Positions 34,899 to 45,015 of a DNA stretch of 55,426 bases are shown in pieces. The notes below the pieces were generated by a model. The model did not search any database. It saw only the letters and a list, made by a program, of their open reading frames with translations, and had not been told where the DNA came from. The translations under genes and the position numbers were made by a program. Source of the stretch: a virus (taxonomy: Duplodnaviria > Caudoviricetes); IMG/VR virus record IMGVR_UViG_3300045253_000025, positions 1 through 55,426 of that record. One strand, given 5' to 3'. The number at the start of each line of letters is the position of its first letter. Within the stretch, counting starts at the first letter, position 1.

Positions 34899-36404
34899 TC
34901 AAACTGACTTGCTAGCAACCTTGCTCTGGGATGCTATCGCACGACGGAGATCGCCAACTAAAATGCGTACGCCAAAGCTCGAAGTGACTACCACATCATC
35001 GCTCCATAGGCGAGTCGATTCGTAGTCGATAGCCCACTCCGCAAACGGTTTCAGCGCCTCCCGTGCCGCGTCCCGCTCTCTTTGGAGCGTAGAGAAGGCG
35101 GCGCGAATGGCGTCAACTGCCCGGGCAATATCTGCCGGATGTGTCGTCTTGCCCCATCGTTTTTCGAGGATTTCGCACAATATGCTTTCGATTTCGCCCG
35201 GGCATTCCCCCGTCCCTTGTGGCTGTTGGGATTCCAGTTCGGTGAGTTTCTTCTCGGCCGCAACCCATCGTCGCACAATTTCAGGTCGCACCAATACGTT
35301 GCAGGTCAGCGAATCAGGTCCATCGTTACCGTCATCCATCCAGTTCCAATACTCCCCGATTGATTCTGTGCGATGAAGGCCATGCAGTTCTGATCTTGCC
35401 ACATCCAACTCCTGCCGCGTTTTATATTCCAGTTTGTTCGCCTCTCTCCGAAGATTATCCAGCCGTTCATTGCACGCTTTCGCCCGTTCCAGTTCCCCCC
35501 TCAGCCGCGCAACTTCGCTGCTGTCGTCGGCGGGGCGGGCCTCGGCTATCGACAATATCTTTTCGTATCTGTCCGTCCTTACCAACGTCCACTCGCCATC
35601 GTGCAACTTCCTGAGAATATCGCCAAGCGGGGTTATCGGCTCTGTCGGCGCGCTGGGGGGCGGGGTGATGGGTGGCATCGTGATATGCTCTGTCGCCACG
35701 CATCCCGGCATTTGACATCCCATCACATATTCCGCCTCTGCCTTGCAATCGTATTTTCTCGCTTCGTTGGCGTCGGTCGTCCACCGCTCCGGCAGCATGG
35801 CGTCTCCGTATTGGCCGTATTGCCGCTTCCACCAATGCGGCACGCCTTCAATGGTGCGCTCGATAAGCCAATACGGTTCACCCGGTATCGCTTGTTTGGA
35901 GCCAGCGGGGTCGTCCTTCGGCTCTGGTGGCATATAGCGAATGTCCGCGTTTTCTGGTCCGCTCGCTGGCACATTGTTCGGTTCGACGCGGCGAAAGCGG
36001 GAAGCTAAAAGCGGCTGCTCATCGTCGCCGATCAGGAAGCCTTCAAGTTGGACGAGCTTCATTTCGTCGTCAGTCCACGCGCGGGCAATCTTGTAATAAC
36101 ATCCATGCACGACTTTGCCAGCGAAATACTCGTCGATGTATGTGTCGTCCGTACAGATTGCCACATCGCCCGGCTTGAAGTCCCCGACTTTCAACTCCTG
36201 CGGCTCAGAGGCGCGGAGTGTGGAGAGGACGACTTTCTTTCGTTCTTGATATTCGCGTTGTGCTTCGACTGCTTTCTCCCACGGCAGGTTCTTGGTGTAT
36301 GCCGTGGCTTCTTTCAACAGCCACTCGATCTCATCTACGGTTGCTTGTGGTAGGATGGGCATGGAGTTTAGTCCGGTTAGAAGTAAAGGCTCGCTAGGTG
36401 CCAA
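34899..36404 (-). CDS. Mosaic phage hypothetical protein
   Basis: About 500 aa of short modules and coiled coils; start uncertain. Confidence 0.6.
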   Translation of the reverse strand: MAPSEPLLLTGLNSMPILPQATVDEIEWLLKEATAYTKNLPWEKAVEAQREYQERKKVVLSTLRASEPQELKVGDFKPGDVAICTDDTYIDEYFAGKVVHGCYYKIARAWTDDEMKLVQLEGFLIGDDEQPLLASRFRRVEPNNVPASGPENADIRYMPPEPKDDPAGSKQAIPGEPYWLIERTIEGVPHWWKRQYGQYGDAMLPERWTTDANEARKYDCKAEAEYVMGCQMPGCVATEHITMPPITPPPSAPTEPITPLGDILRKLHDGEWTLVRTDRYEKILSIAEARPADDSSEVARLRGELERAKACNERLDNLRREANKLEYKTRQELDVARSELHGLHRTESIGEYWNWMDDGNDGPDSLTCNVLVRPEIVRRWVAAEKKLTELESQQPQGTGECPGEIESILCEILEKRWGKTTHPADIARAVDAIRAAFSTLQRERDAAREALKPFAEWAIDYESTRLWSDDVVVTSSFGVRILVGDLRRAIASQSKVASKSV

Positions 36405-36811
36405 GTCGGCGGTACGTAGGGCAAATCAAACTGATTGCAGAACTTTTCAATCCACTTGTCGGCATCGGGCTGCTGCGACAGGTGTCTATGTCCAAGGTCT
36501 ATTTGTTCGTCGTACTCGACTCGCATTTCAAGGCAACAGCAATGGACGACGAACCGCTCGCAATCCTCCGCGCCGAACCAACGCATCTCGACGTGCTCTG
36601 GCGTAGCTTCGTATGCTCGCAGCTTGATCCGCCATTCGTCCCATTCCGGCGATTTGTAATCAGTGCTAGTCGGCCGCGTCGGTTGATGCTCTGAATCCCA
36701 CTTGTCATTTATGCCGTGATAGTCGTAATCGACAACGCGATATTTCTCGCTAGCGATTTTTCCAATGTCGATTCCGTAGTAAATGATTCCGTGCGGGTCT
36801 GTGCTCATCAC
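36377..36811 (-). CDS. Hypothetical protein
   Basis: SD GGAGG upstream. Confidence 0.6.
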   Translation of the reverse strand: MMSTDPHGIIYYGIDIGKIASEKYRVVDYDYHGINDKWDSEHQPTRPTSTDYKSPEWDEWRIKLRAYEATPEHVEMRWFGAEDCERFVVHCCCLEMRVEYDEQIDLGHRHLSQQPDADKWIEKFCNQFDLPYVPPTWHLASLYF

Positions 36812-37217
36812 CCACCTCCCCCAGCAGCGGACAGCGCGGCAGAGAGGGTCGGGCCATAAAACTCGCGCGAATCTTCGTCGGGATGTTCCCCGGCCATACT
36901 CGGATCAAACTCAACTTCTATTTCTTCGCCGCGCCAAGATGCCAAGATGCAGCCGGTATCGTGGGATTCCTCTCAGATTCAATCATCGTGTTTCTCTCCC
37001 CATTGGACTAACGACATTTGCCACAGATTCAGCGGCAGCGATTGTTCGTCAACTGACAAGCCTCGATAGTCCACCGTCAACGTATATCTCGTAATCCAGT
37101 CACGACTCGGCAGCAATTCGCAAGAGGCAATCGTACAACTACGTGGCGTGGGAAACTCAAGGCCGCCGATTTCAACCAACCGTGGGCATATCAGCATCAG
37201 GTTTAGCAGGAAAGTTA

Positions 37218-37409
37218 TCATGTGAAAAACACAAGAATCAGTAGTTTGAGCACGCCGAATCCACCTACGAAACCAGCCAGCGGAAACAGAACAATACCCA
37301 CGCATCCGGCAGGCGCACGGAGACAACCAGGCAGCGTCAGGATCAGCGTCAAGGCGGCACACACGAATCCGAATATTGATGATATTAGGTTGGGCATGGG
37401 GTTAACCAA
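37218..37409 (-). CDS. Small membrane protein
   Basis: Two hydrophobic segments. Confidence 0.4.
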   Translation of the reverse strand: MVNPMPNLISSIFGFVCAALTLILTLPGCLRAPAGCVGIVLFPLAGFVGGFGVLKLLILVFFT

Positions 37410-37603
37410 AAATACCTTTTTCGGTGAATGTAACCAAAAAGAAAGCGATTGCTACTATAACTCCGAATGTCAATCCCAGATTCGATCCGGTATCGAGCCA
37501 TAGATCAAGGGCAATGCACCCTATTCCGCATCCCCATGTACAAGCACAAACTAAATTTCTTCTCATTGCGGTTTCTTCCCTCTAAGTTTGGTGGGCATAA
37601 ATT

Positions 37604-38275
37604 TTATTCTCCTTCCTCAAGAATCTCCTCATCCTGAATTTCATTCACCTGCTTATTTTTCTGAAAAGAAAGAGCCAGGGCTTTACCCGCTTCCGTCATC
37701 TGTACCAAACCTAACTCCTCCATCACCCCTAACGCTTCCAGGATCGTCTCATCGGCTGGAATCACTTTCCCAGCTACGATCATCTGACCATTGACTTCGA
37801 TCGGATTCTCCCCGCCTTCGATCACATGCTCAATCTTCTCCGAATCCCATCCTGGTTCGTTGACCTTCGAGCGATGCTTAACGCGAAGGAACGTCGTGGG
37901 ATTCGTTTTCTTAACTTCGATCTCCGCCGTCAAGCGAGCAATCGCCGTTGCACGTCGTACATCCCGGTAGAAACGACTGTACGGAGATTCCTTATTGATT
38001 TGCGTCTCATCCCGTCCTCGATTCATCCATTCCGTAAATGTATCAGGGTGTACACCCATACAGGAAGCCGCTACATGGTCCCACGCGCCTGCTCGGATGT
38101 AGCCTAGCATCCTCGTATAAATTTCTTCCGGCATCAATTCCAGCGTAGGGCGTCTGCCATTCGATTTCCGCATTACGGAAACGGGACCGGAAGGCAATTC
38201 GTACTCCGGCGAATCCTGCTTAGCCGGTCGAGAGACGGGCTTCGATCGAGATCGCTTATTTTGAGACTTACGCAT
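37604..38275 (-). CDS. Putative terminase small subunit
   Basis: IRAG....AA..MGV...TF.EW..RG HTH-like block; adjacent to a ParB-like gene. Confidence 0.65.
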   Translation of the reverse strand: MRKSQNKRSRSKPVSRPAKQDSPEYELPSGPVSVMRKSNGRRPTLELMPEEIYTRMLGYIRAGAWDHVAASCMGVHPDTFTEWMNRGRDETQINKESPYSRFYRDVRRATAIARLTAEIEVKKTNPTTFLRVKHRSKVNEPGWDSEKIEHVIEGGENPIEVNGQMIVAGKVIPADETILEALGVMEELGLVQMTEAGKALALSFQKNKQVNEIQDEEILEEGE

Positions 38276-38312
38276 CCCTGCACCTTAACGATTCTAAGAG
38301 CCGATGTCAAAC

Positions 38313-38561
38313 TCAACCGTTGATCTCATAATGCTGGGTTGCGGGAATGATCTGAGTGGTTCTTACATCCCTTATAGCTGTCTTCGGATTCTCTCGAATA
38401 ATGACAAGAGCTAGACTTCGAGCGGCTCTGATTTCCGTCAATCGCTTCTCGAAGAAAGCTATCCCTTCCTTAACTGTCGAGAACTCAGCAATTGCTTTGA
38501 AAGCTTGCTTGAGACATTCCTGATATGCTTCCTCGATCACGTCCTCATCGGTCGATGTCAT
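38313..38561 (-). CDS. Hypothetical protein
   Basis: 82-aa ORF with SD. Confidence 0.5.
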   Translation of the reverse strand: MTSTDEDVIEEAYQECLKQAFKAIAEFSTVKEGIAFFEKRLTEIRAARSLALVIIRENPKTAIRDVRTTQIIPATQHYEING

Positions 38562-38562
38562 C

Positions 38563-39186
38563 TCATTTACTCCTGATTAGAGTTACCTTGTCGAGATTCA
38601 ATCCACCATCCTTACTCGATCGCTCCTTCTTCCGGCCTGCTCGATCCAGCTTCCCCTCAATCTCCGCATACGTCCGGGAGGAGACTTCCATGACAGAGAA
38701 GGTACGCTTCCGGGAAGGCTTATCCTGAGACTCATCACGGAGATCATTGAGCATCGCTTCCGTCGCTTCATTCGTCTCGTCCACGAGCTTCCCAATCCGC
38801 TGGTCTTCTTCCTCGATCAATGCAGCTAGCTTGATGTTATCCGCTCGTGCTAGCTCTCCCAGGGGATCGAGCGTCAAAACCAGGCTTCGCTCCTGGTCTA
38901 CTGTCCAGCGTCCGGTAATAACGGGGACAATCGCTTCAGGATCAAGCCCCTTACGAGCATGGCCGTCTATCAGGCGATTAGTCGTCAGATTGTAGAGCAA
39001 GGCTCCAGCCCAGCCATTGCGTCTAATCCCGTCCCTCAATGCGTTAAGCTGCTTAGATGGGTGAGTTTTCCAGTTCTGGGGATGATCGGTAAGAGAGGCA
39101 GCTTTGACCCAGACCAGGGACTCGATCCCAGGCATCCCTTCTGGTCGGGGAAAGACCTCCAGTCGTGGCTTCCTTACCTTCCCCAT
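38563..39186 (-). CDS. ParB/Srx N-terminal domain protein
   Basis: HPQNWKTH, GI...GW, LIDGHAR. Confidence 0.8.
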   Translation of the reverse strand: MGKVRKPRLEVFPRPEGMPGIESLVWVKAASLTDHPQNWKTHPSKQLNALRDGIRRNGWAGALLYNLTTNRLIDGHARKGLDPEAIVPVITGRWTVDQERSLVLTLDPLGELARADNIKLAALIEEEDQRIGKLVDETNEATEAMLNDLRDESQDKPSRKRTFSVMEVSSRTYAEIEGKLDRAGRKKERSSKDGGLNLDKVTLIRSK

Positions 39187-39213
39187 ATACCCCTCTGAGT
39201 TCTGTGAGAAGAA

Positions 39214-39456
39214 TTATTCCCCTTCTTCATCCTCTAAAGTATCGTTATCGAGAGCCATGATTCCGACTTGCTGCGCCAAACCGGCACAAGTATGACAACA
39301 GCCATCCCAAAATAGAACACGGTTCATAATCCCCGTTCGATGATTGTCCTTCTCATTTTTAGCCATCACTACAATCCCCGCAATAACGATATGATCGAAG
39401 CGATCCTTCAACTCCGCGATCAATTCAGCAGTAGTAGCAGATTCTAAATCTGTCAT
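39214..39456 (-). CDS. Hypothetical protein
   Basis: DL..ATT.ELI.EL..R pattern common in phage small proteins. Confidence 0.6.
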   Translation of the reverse strand: MTDLESATTAELIAELKDRFDHIVIAGIVVMAKNEKDNHRTGIMNRVLFWDGCCHTCAGLAQQVGIMALDNDTLEDEEGE

Positions 39457-39620
39457 TTATGCTTCTCATGAATCCCTAGCTGGAAGCACATCAGGAGCGA
39501 GATGGCTTCGTACATCCCGTAGAGTCTGGCGATCTCGATTAGCTGATCCAGTTCGGCCAACTTGCGGGAGCGAGCATCCTTCATCCAATTCGCGTAGACC
39601 ATTCCATTATCCTTTTTCAT
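39453..39620 (-). CDS. Hypothetical protein
   Basis: SD AAGGAGG before MKKDNG. Confidence 0.55.
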   Translation of the reverse strand: MKKDNGMVYANWMKDARSRKLAELDQLIEIARLYGMYEAISLLMCFQLGIHEKHK

Positions 39621-39766
39621 CTCGAATCTCCTCCTTGAATGAAGAATAAAAATTGAGAATCGCGGAAGTCGGAAGCCCCAGCAGGCACGGATACGGTGGT
39701 TCTGCCAGGGACTCCCGCGACTCTCACTCCCATCCGAGACAGGCAAGTATCCCGGATGGAATTTCC

Positions 39767-40459
39767 TTAGACTTGGCCGATGACTTCCGCTCCAACCTCT
39801 CCCGGCTCCGGGGGCGCAATCGAATCGGAGAGGACGATATCGAACGGACGGGGATCGGAGGGATTGCCGGAAGCATCGGTATCAACCAGCGTCCCGATGA
39901 TATGCTGGGCAGCGTCTCCCGTCAGGATCGCTCCGCTATCATCGGCTTCAACGGGTACGGGAGTATCCGACTGGACTTGAGCCGGATCGTTGAGCGTAGC
40001 GACGTAGGAAGCCGGGGACGAGACAGTCAGAGTTCGAGTCGCTACGTCCTTGGTACGAGGATTGGTCTTGTCAAGCGGGGGAACGTTCAAACGGTACTGG
40101 AGCATGGTTTCACCTATTTGGTTGATGACAGTGAGAGTTACCAAACCGGGTAACGGCGGAGCTTGTTGATTCGCATCATCGAGCGTTTCTTGTAGCTTGT
40201 CGATCTTAGGATCAGTTCTCTCTAGCTGCAAGATCAAAGCATCGTCAGACTCGATCTCTTTGTTGATCTTCAAAGCCAGGAAGTCTATAGCTCCCGGACT
40301 TGTGGGAGTCCCTAATAGGGAATCGAGCTTGGGAGCGATCTCATTGAGCTTTGCCAGAACAAGATCGAGCTTATGCTGAGTCCGCTGAAGTTCGATGATG
40401 ATGCCCATCGGCCAGAATCCCTTTAGCCAGCGTAAGAACCGTCTCCATGACAGACGCAT
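39767..40459 (-). CDS. Coiled-coil plus acidic Ig-like domain protein
   Basis: D.SGNPS...D..AP..P C-terminal pattern. Confidence 0.55.
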   Translation of the reverse strand: MRLSWRRFLRWLKGFWPMGIIIELQRTQHKLDLVLAKLNEIAPKLDSLLGTPTSPGAIDFLALKINKEIESDDALILQLERTDPKIDKLQETLDDANQQAPPLPGLVTLTVINQIGETMLQYRLNVPPLDKTNPRTKDVATRTLTVSSPASYVATLNDPAQVQSDTPVPVEADDSGAILTGDAAQHIIGTLVDTDASGNPSDPRPFDIVLSDSIAPPEPGEVGAEVIGQV

Positions 40460-40518
40460 GAATTAAATCCGCTGGAGGAGGGGCCGCGACACCCTTTCCC
40501 CCAGCGGCAGAGAAAAGA

Positions 40519-40938
40519 CTAGTGGAAAACTGCCGTTGCTCTTGTTCGGCCAAGGATGCCGGTATGGACTCGTACCTTTGAAGCACCCTGAGCGGAGAAG
40601 CTAAAGCTACCCCCGGAGCTACTGAATGATCTTGATCCCCCAGAGGAGAAGACTACGAACGAAGGATTCGCATAAAGTACCGGCTGACCGACGATTGCAA
40701 ACGATTGACCTACGAAAGCCTGATTCGAGCAGGAGCAACCGCCATCAAACGTCTGGAACGACTGGAAGCCGACAGCAGGACCGCAAGCCATCACTGGCGA
40801 AGCCAGAGCCAGGACCGTCAGACCGACCAGCAAGACGGCGCAGACCTTGGCGGCATGGTGCAAAACGTGATGAGCGTGATGGTGAAACAAATGGAAGCAA
40901 ATGGCAAAGAACGACAGAAGTGAGGCGAAGCGATACAT
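40519..40938 (-). CDS. Secreted small protein with His-rich N-terminus
   Basis: HLFHHHAHHVLHH, signal-like segment, Cys/Ser/Gly-rich. Confidence 0.6.
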   Translation of the reverse strand: MYRFASLLSFFAICFHLFHHHAHHVLHHAAKVCAVLLVGLTVLALASPVMACGPAVGFQSFQTFDGGCSCSNQAFVGQSFAIVGQPVLYANPSFVVFSSGGSRSFSSSGGSFSFSAQGASKVRVHTGILGRTRATAVFH

Positions 40939-40979
40939 GGTTAAACCTCCGGTTTTTCTGAGAAAGAAAGAACTGCTAA

Positions 40980-42053
40980 TCAGCCACCAAGTATCCTAGC
41001 AATCAAAGCGGATTTTTCCAATCCCGATAATTCCCCGCCGTTCTTAGGCATATGCCTAGCTGGATCATGGGAGTTGATCCGATCTTGAACCTTACCGGCA
41101 ATATCTCTCCGCTCATCAGGAGCAAACGTATCAATCGCCAGGAAATTGAGATCACCTTTCGGCTTCTCGTTCCCGTGACAGTTAGCACATTTGTTGTTGA
41201 TGACTACTTGGCCTAATAACTGTTGATTGCGGTTAAGAGTTCGAGACTGTGGGTTGACTGGAGCCGGAGGGGGCTGAGACGGGTTATCCTGGTATCCCTG
41301 ATCCGGTTGCTGATTCTGCTGCGGTTGCTCGGCAGGCTGTTGCTGAGGAATCGGTGGCGGAGTAATGATCGTCTTGCGATTAAGTGATGGCTCCGAATGA
41401 CTCATCCTGATTTCCGACTGAGCCGGATAGGCTGCTGAGACGGCAGAGACATAACCATCAGCAACGGCTCTAACGGTAGCGATCCTTTCATTAGACCCTT
41501 GCTCCTGCGAGGCGAGAGCTTGCGCGCCTCCCAGAGCGGCGGAGTGCAGGTTATCGACGCGACCAATCGCTCGGAAATATTCATGAACGGCGAGATTGTA
41601 ATCGGGCGTAGCGGCTGGATACGAAGCAAGGCCGTAAGCGGTACTCCCGATCTGAACTCCGGGGAAGGCTTGCGAGATGTAAGTCAGAGTATCCGTGACG
41701 GCTCCAGTATAACCGTTGGCATAATTCCCGTTTCCGTAGTTGTACCCATTAGCGGCTTTGATTCCTAATGAACGGAGCAAGTCTAAGCGATCGGCTCTCC
41801 GTTCCCGCTGCTCCGCGAAGCGGAGTACATCCTTCTCGAACGAGTCCGACTCGACATTGATCCGTGAGTCGATCCGCTGGAGTTGGGTGTAACACCAATC
41901 CCCATAGCAATTACGGTAAGCACGATACAACCAAGAACCATTATCAGTGTCGTAGCGATAGAGATTATTACCGAGAGGAGTCCAGTCGTTTGCATAGATC
42001 GTCCCTCCAATCGAAAGCGTGAGCAGAGCCAGAGCCAACAGAATCCTTTTCAT
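40980..42053 (-). CDS. Secreted protein with C-terminal class I cytochrome c domain (planctomycete type)
   Basis: Sec signal; CANCHG...KGDL and distal HMP. Confidence 0.8.
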   Translation of the reverse strand: MKRILLALALLTLSIGGTIYANDWTPLGNNLYRYDTDNGSWLYRAYRNCYGDWCYTQLQRIDSRINVESDSFEKDVLRFAEQRERRADRLDLLRSLGIKAANGYNYGNGNYANGYTGAVTDTLTYISQAFPGVQIGSTAYGLASYPAATPDYNLAVHEYFRAIGRVDNLHSAALGGAQALASQEQGSNERIATVRAVADGYVSAVSAAYPAQSEIRMSHSEPSLNRKTIITPPPIPQQQPAEQPQQNQQPDQGYQDNPSQPPPAPVNPQSRTLNRNQQLLGQVVINNKCANCHGNEKPKGDLNFLAIDTFAPDERRDIAGKVQDRINSHDPARHMPKNGGELSGLEKSALIARILGG

Positions 42054-43996
42054 TTTTGTACCTCGTCGGGGAATAAGCCTTTGACCTTACTAGCTGCTGC
42101 CCAATCACCTTGTCGATGGCGATTGTTCCAAAGCAGATCGTTCGGCTTTAATTTGCCGGAGGAGGCTAATTCTTGCAAGTCCGCGTAAGTAAGCGGTCCT
42201 CGCTGGCGAGTTGTACCCTCTGTGATGTACCACCATTTCGGCTCGTTCTTATCCGATTCGAGAGGTTTTACATCCGACTTATCGGGACTCTCAAAATCAG
42301 GGATTACGATCTCATCGGTAGAGGGTCGAGGAGACGTAACCGATTGCGGGAGTTCGATTTTCGTCGGATTCATCTCAACAGTAGGCTTGGGCTTGTCTAC
42401 CAGCTTAGGCTTGATGATTCCCAGCGTTGGCATCACAAGGGACTGGAGAGCAGGGTAGAGCGGCTCGAACTGACGACGAGTGATTTTGAGACTCTTCTTG
42501 TCGGCTCCCTTCGGCCAGTCCCATCTCTTCTCTTCGACTAACCATTTCACCATCGGATCAGCGGGAGTCAGAAGCAAGGCAATACGAGCATCTGTTGCTA
42601 TAAGATTTCCCTGGTTGGGAGCAGGTAAAATCTTCGTCAGGACTGCAATCGGGTCTCCGTCAGGATCAACCCCTAGCTCATCACAAGCGGAAGCAGCATC
42701 AAGATATTTGTACTCGTAATTGTTGTAGGCTAATGTCATCGCCTCGCAGACATCTTTGGCCGTGAGTCCACCAGTGACGAAGGTAAACGTATCGAAGGAA
42801 TCTCTTGCATCTCCGAGTACCTTATCGAGTTGAGACTGGCGAGCGCCATAGAGAAACTGGATTTGGCGGATTGCCTCGAATTGCTTTTGATCGTTATTGA
42901 TCGTGACATCGCCTAGGACGCGAAGACGACCATCGAGCAGTTGCTTGACCTGATTCGTTGCTGGTTGCCAGAGACCGTTAGGACCGTGACAACGGATGCA
43001 GGAGATCATCGGTTGAAGACGATCTGTAAACGGTTCTGGAATTAAACTATCTCTAACCAGATTCGGAGGAGCTTCCGAAACGAGGATTCCATCCCCATTC
43101 CAAAGTGTACATTCGATGGCTCCATTGCGAAGCTTGGCGAGAGATTCCTGTCCTTGGGATTTGGAATTGCGTAGGGAGAGGAAAGCGTCAAATCCGGGAT
43201 CGGTCTGATCGTCGAAGATGTCTTGCGTCACGACGACGATCGACGGACCTTCGGAGGGAGGAACGTCGGAAGATTCGTACATCTCGATGCCACGAGCCTT
43301 GCCAGTGACTTTCGAGATCGTAACTAGACGGTTGAAGGAGTTATGCTGGCGAATCCGTTCCAGTGGAACTCCTCGCTCCGCCAAGTAGTCGGCAAGCTTC
43401 GTCTTGCCAGGAACCAGACCACGGAAGGCATAGTAAGAGCCGCCATCGGCGGAAGTTCCTCCCTGCTTGATAAGCCAATCGTAGCGGTAGCAGAGACCGA
43501 CCGGGAAAGCCGTATCGAGATGCGGAGCGGATTCGACGATCGTCTTTTTGGATTTGGAATCAGTTTGAGAGATGTAGAAGTAGGGGTCTTTTTCTGAAAG
43601 AGAATCCCATATCCGCATTTGCTCCTTGACTTGCTCGATCGTGTCTCCATACCGCCAACCTTCGACCCGTATCAAAGCTCCTCCAGCGACTAGCGGCGGT
43701 TGGACAGGGACGGAGGAGCGATTGACTACGGAGTTGAGGAATAACGTAACAGCAGCGTAGGTCTGCTTGGATGAGTCTCGCAGCCAGACGTAGCGGACAG
43801 AAGGCTGGAGCAATGGAGAGATCGTCTCCAGATCGGCTAAGCAGAGAGTAGCGGCGGTTGCCGGAACACGAGGAGGCGGTTTGAGGACCGGCATCGGATT
43901 AGGATGCTGGATAGGCGGGAGATTCGATGGGCCTTGAGCGGAAGCTGAGACAGCAACCAGCAGCAGCACGCAGGCCAGTATCCTATGGGCAGTCAT
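42050..43996 (-). CDS. Secreted CxxCH protein with C-terminal GYF_2-like domain
   Basis: Signal peptide ending ASA; SCIRCHG; WWY....QRGP....L..L...GKL...DLLW...W. Confidence 0.75.
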   Translation of the reverse strand: MTAHRILACVLLLVAVSASAQGPSNLPPIQHPNPMPVLKPPPRVPATAATLCLADLETISPLLQPSVRYVWLRDSSKQTYAAVTLFLNSVVNRSSVPVQPPLVAGGALIRVEGWRYGDTIEQVKEQMRIWDSLSEKDPYFYISQTDSKSKKTIVESAPHLDTAFPVGLCYRYDWLIKQGGTSADGGSYYAFRGLVPGKTKLADYLAERGVPLERIRQHNSFNRLVTISKVTGKARGIEMYESSDVPPSEGPSIVVVTQDIFDDQTDPGFDAFLSLRNSKSQGQESLAKLRNGAIECTLWNGDGILVSEAPPNLVRDSLIPEPFTDRLQPMISCIRCHGPNGLWQPATNQVKQLLDGRLRVLGDVTINNDQKQFEAIRQIQFLYGARQSQLDKVLGDARDSFDTFTFVTGGLTAKDVCEAMTLAYNNYEYKYLDAASACDELGVDPDGDPIAVLTKILPAPNQGNLIATDARIALLLTPADPMVKWLVEEKRWDWPKGADKKSLKITRRQFEPLYPALQSLVMPTLGIIKPKLVDKPKPTVEMNPTKIELPQSVTSPRPSTDEIVIPDFESPDKSDVKPLESDKNEPKWWYITEGTTRQRGPLTYADLQELASSGKLKPNDLLWNNRHRQGDWAAASKVKGLFPDEVQK

Positions 43997-44034
43997 TGCC
44001 TTCTCCTTGGATTATGGGATTCCTGAACTAACTT

Positions 44035-45015
44035 TTAACCGACTCCGAACGTCTCTCCGCCTATCGCCGGAACATTGACCCCCATTAGCTGACCCTTGAC
44101 TGCCGGGCTGTGCAGACCATGTGGACTCGGCGGAAGTGGTCCCGGAGGAACTGGACCAGGAGGAGGAACTGGAACCGGGATCGGAGGCGTAGGCGGGGCT
44201 GGAGGCGGCGGCAGGACTCCACCGGGGACCGCGTTGATCGCCCAGCAGTCCGAAGCCAGATTCGGATTCGTAGCGTAGTCGTAAGGAATCCAGCCGTAGC
44301 CGTTCTCGCCCCAGGGATGGCTGGGACCGTTCATCCAGTGATTGCGGAATTTGAACATCCCGCGCTTCTTGCTCCAGCCGACTAGCGATACGTCATGACC
44401 GCCAATCGGAGTCTCTCCGGGGGAGGGAACCGTCAAAACTCCGGTCGTCGAGGCTTGCTGGGATTCGATCTGACGAAAGACATCGAAGCCGAACAAGATC
44501 GGACGGCGGGTAGTGTACAGGATACCTTGCATCTGCGAGAGCGAGATTTGCACCGCATCGTAGGATACGATCCGGTTAGCGACAGCGGCGTCGAAGCAAG
44601 CTTGTGGCGGCTGCTGGCGGAACTTGACAGGATCGTCGGAGTAAGGCCAGAGCGATTCCTTGCAGAAGCCGTACTTGTTCAAAGCTTTGAGCATCGTCCG
44701 GTTATTGACCCCGGAGTCCTGCGGGATAGTTCCCATCAGCAGGCGGGTGATGTAATAGATGAACAAGCGGGATGCAGATTCGAGGACGAGACCCTGCTTG
44801 ATCTGATCTTCCATGATGCACTCATCAGCGGTATTAGGACCGCACGATCCGAGACCTCCCTGGTCTAACTGCGGAACCTTGTCGAAGTAATCCGAGACGG
44901 AGAGATCGAACTCATCCGGCAGAGCATCGGTAATCCTGCGAGGAGAGAACAGCTTGTGATCGCGGTCGAGAGTCTCCGGCTTTTGTCTTAGTAACCCGAA
45001 AGCATGGACTGCCAT
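44035..45015 (-). CDS. Papain-family (C1) cysteine protease with Pro-rich tail
   Basis: DQGGLGSC, GGH, FRNHW, WGENGY. Confidence 0.9.
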   Translation of the reverse strand: MAVHAFGLLRQKPETLDRDHKLFSPRRITDALPDEFDLSVSDYFDKVPQLDQGGLGSCGPNTADECIMEDQIKQGLVLESASRLFIYYITRLLMGTIPQDSGVNNRTMLKALNKYGFCKESLWPYSDDPVKFRQQPPQACFDAAVANRIVSYDAVQISLSQMQGILYTTRRPILFGFDVFRQIESQQASTTGVLTVPSPGETPIGGHDVSLVGWSKKRGMFKFRNHWMNGPSHPWGENGYGWIPYDYATNPNLASDCWAINAVPGGVLPPPPAPPTPPIPVPVPPPGPVPPGPLPPSPHGLHSPAVKGQLMGVNVPAIGGETFGVG

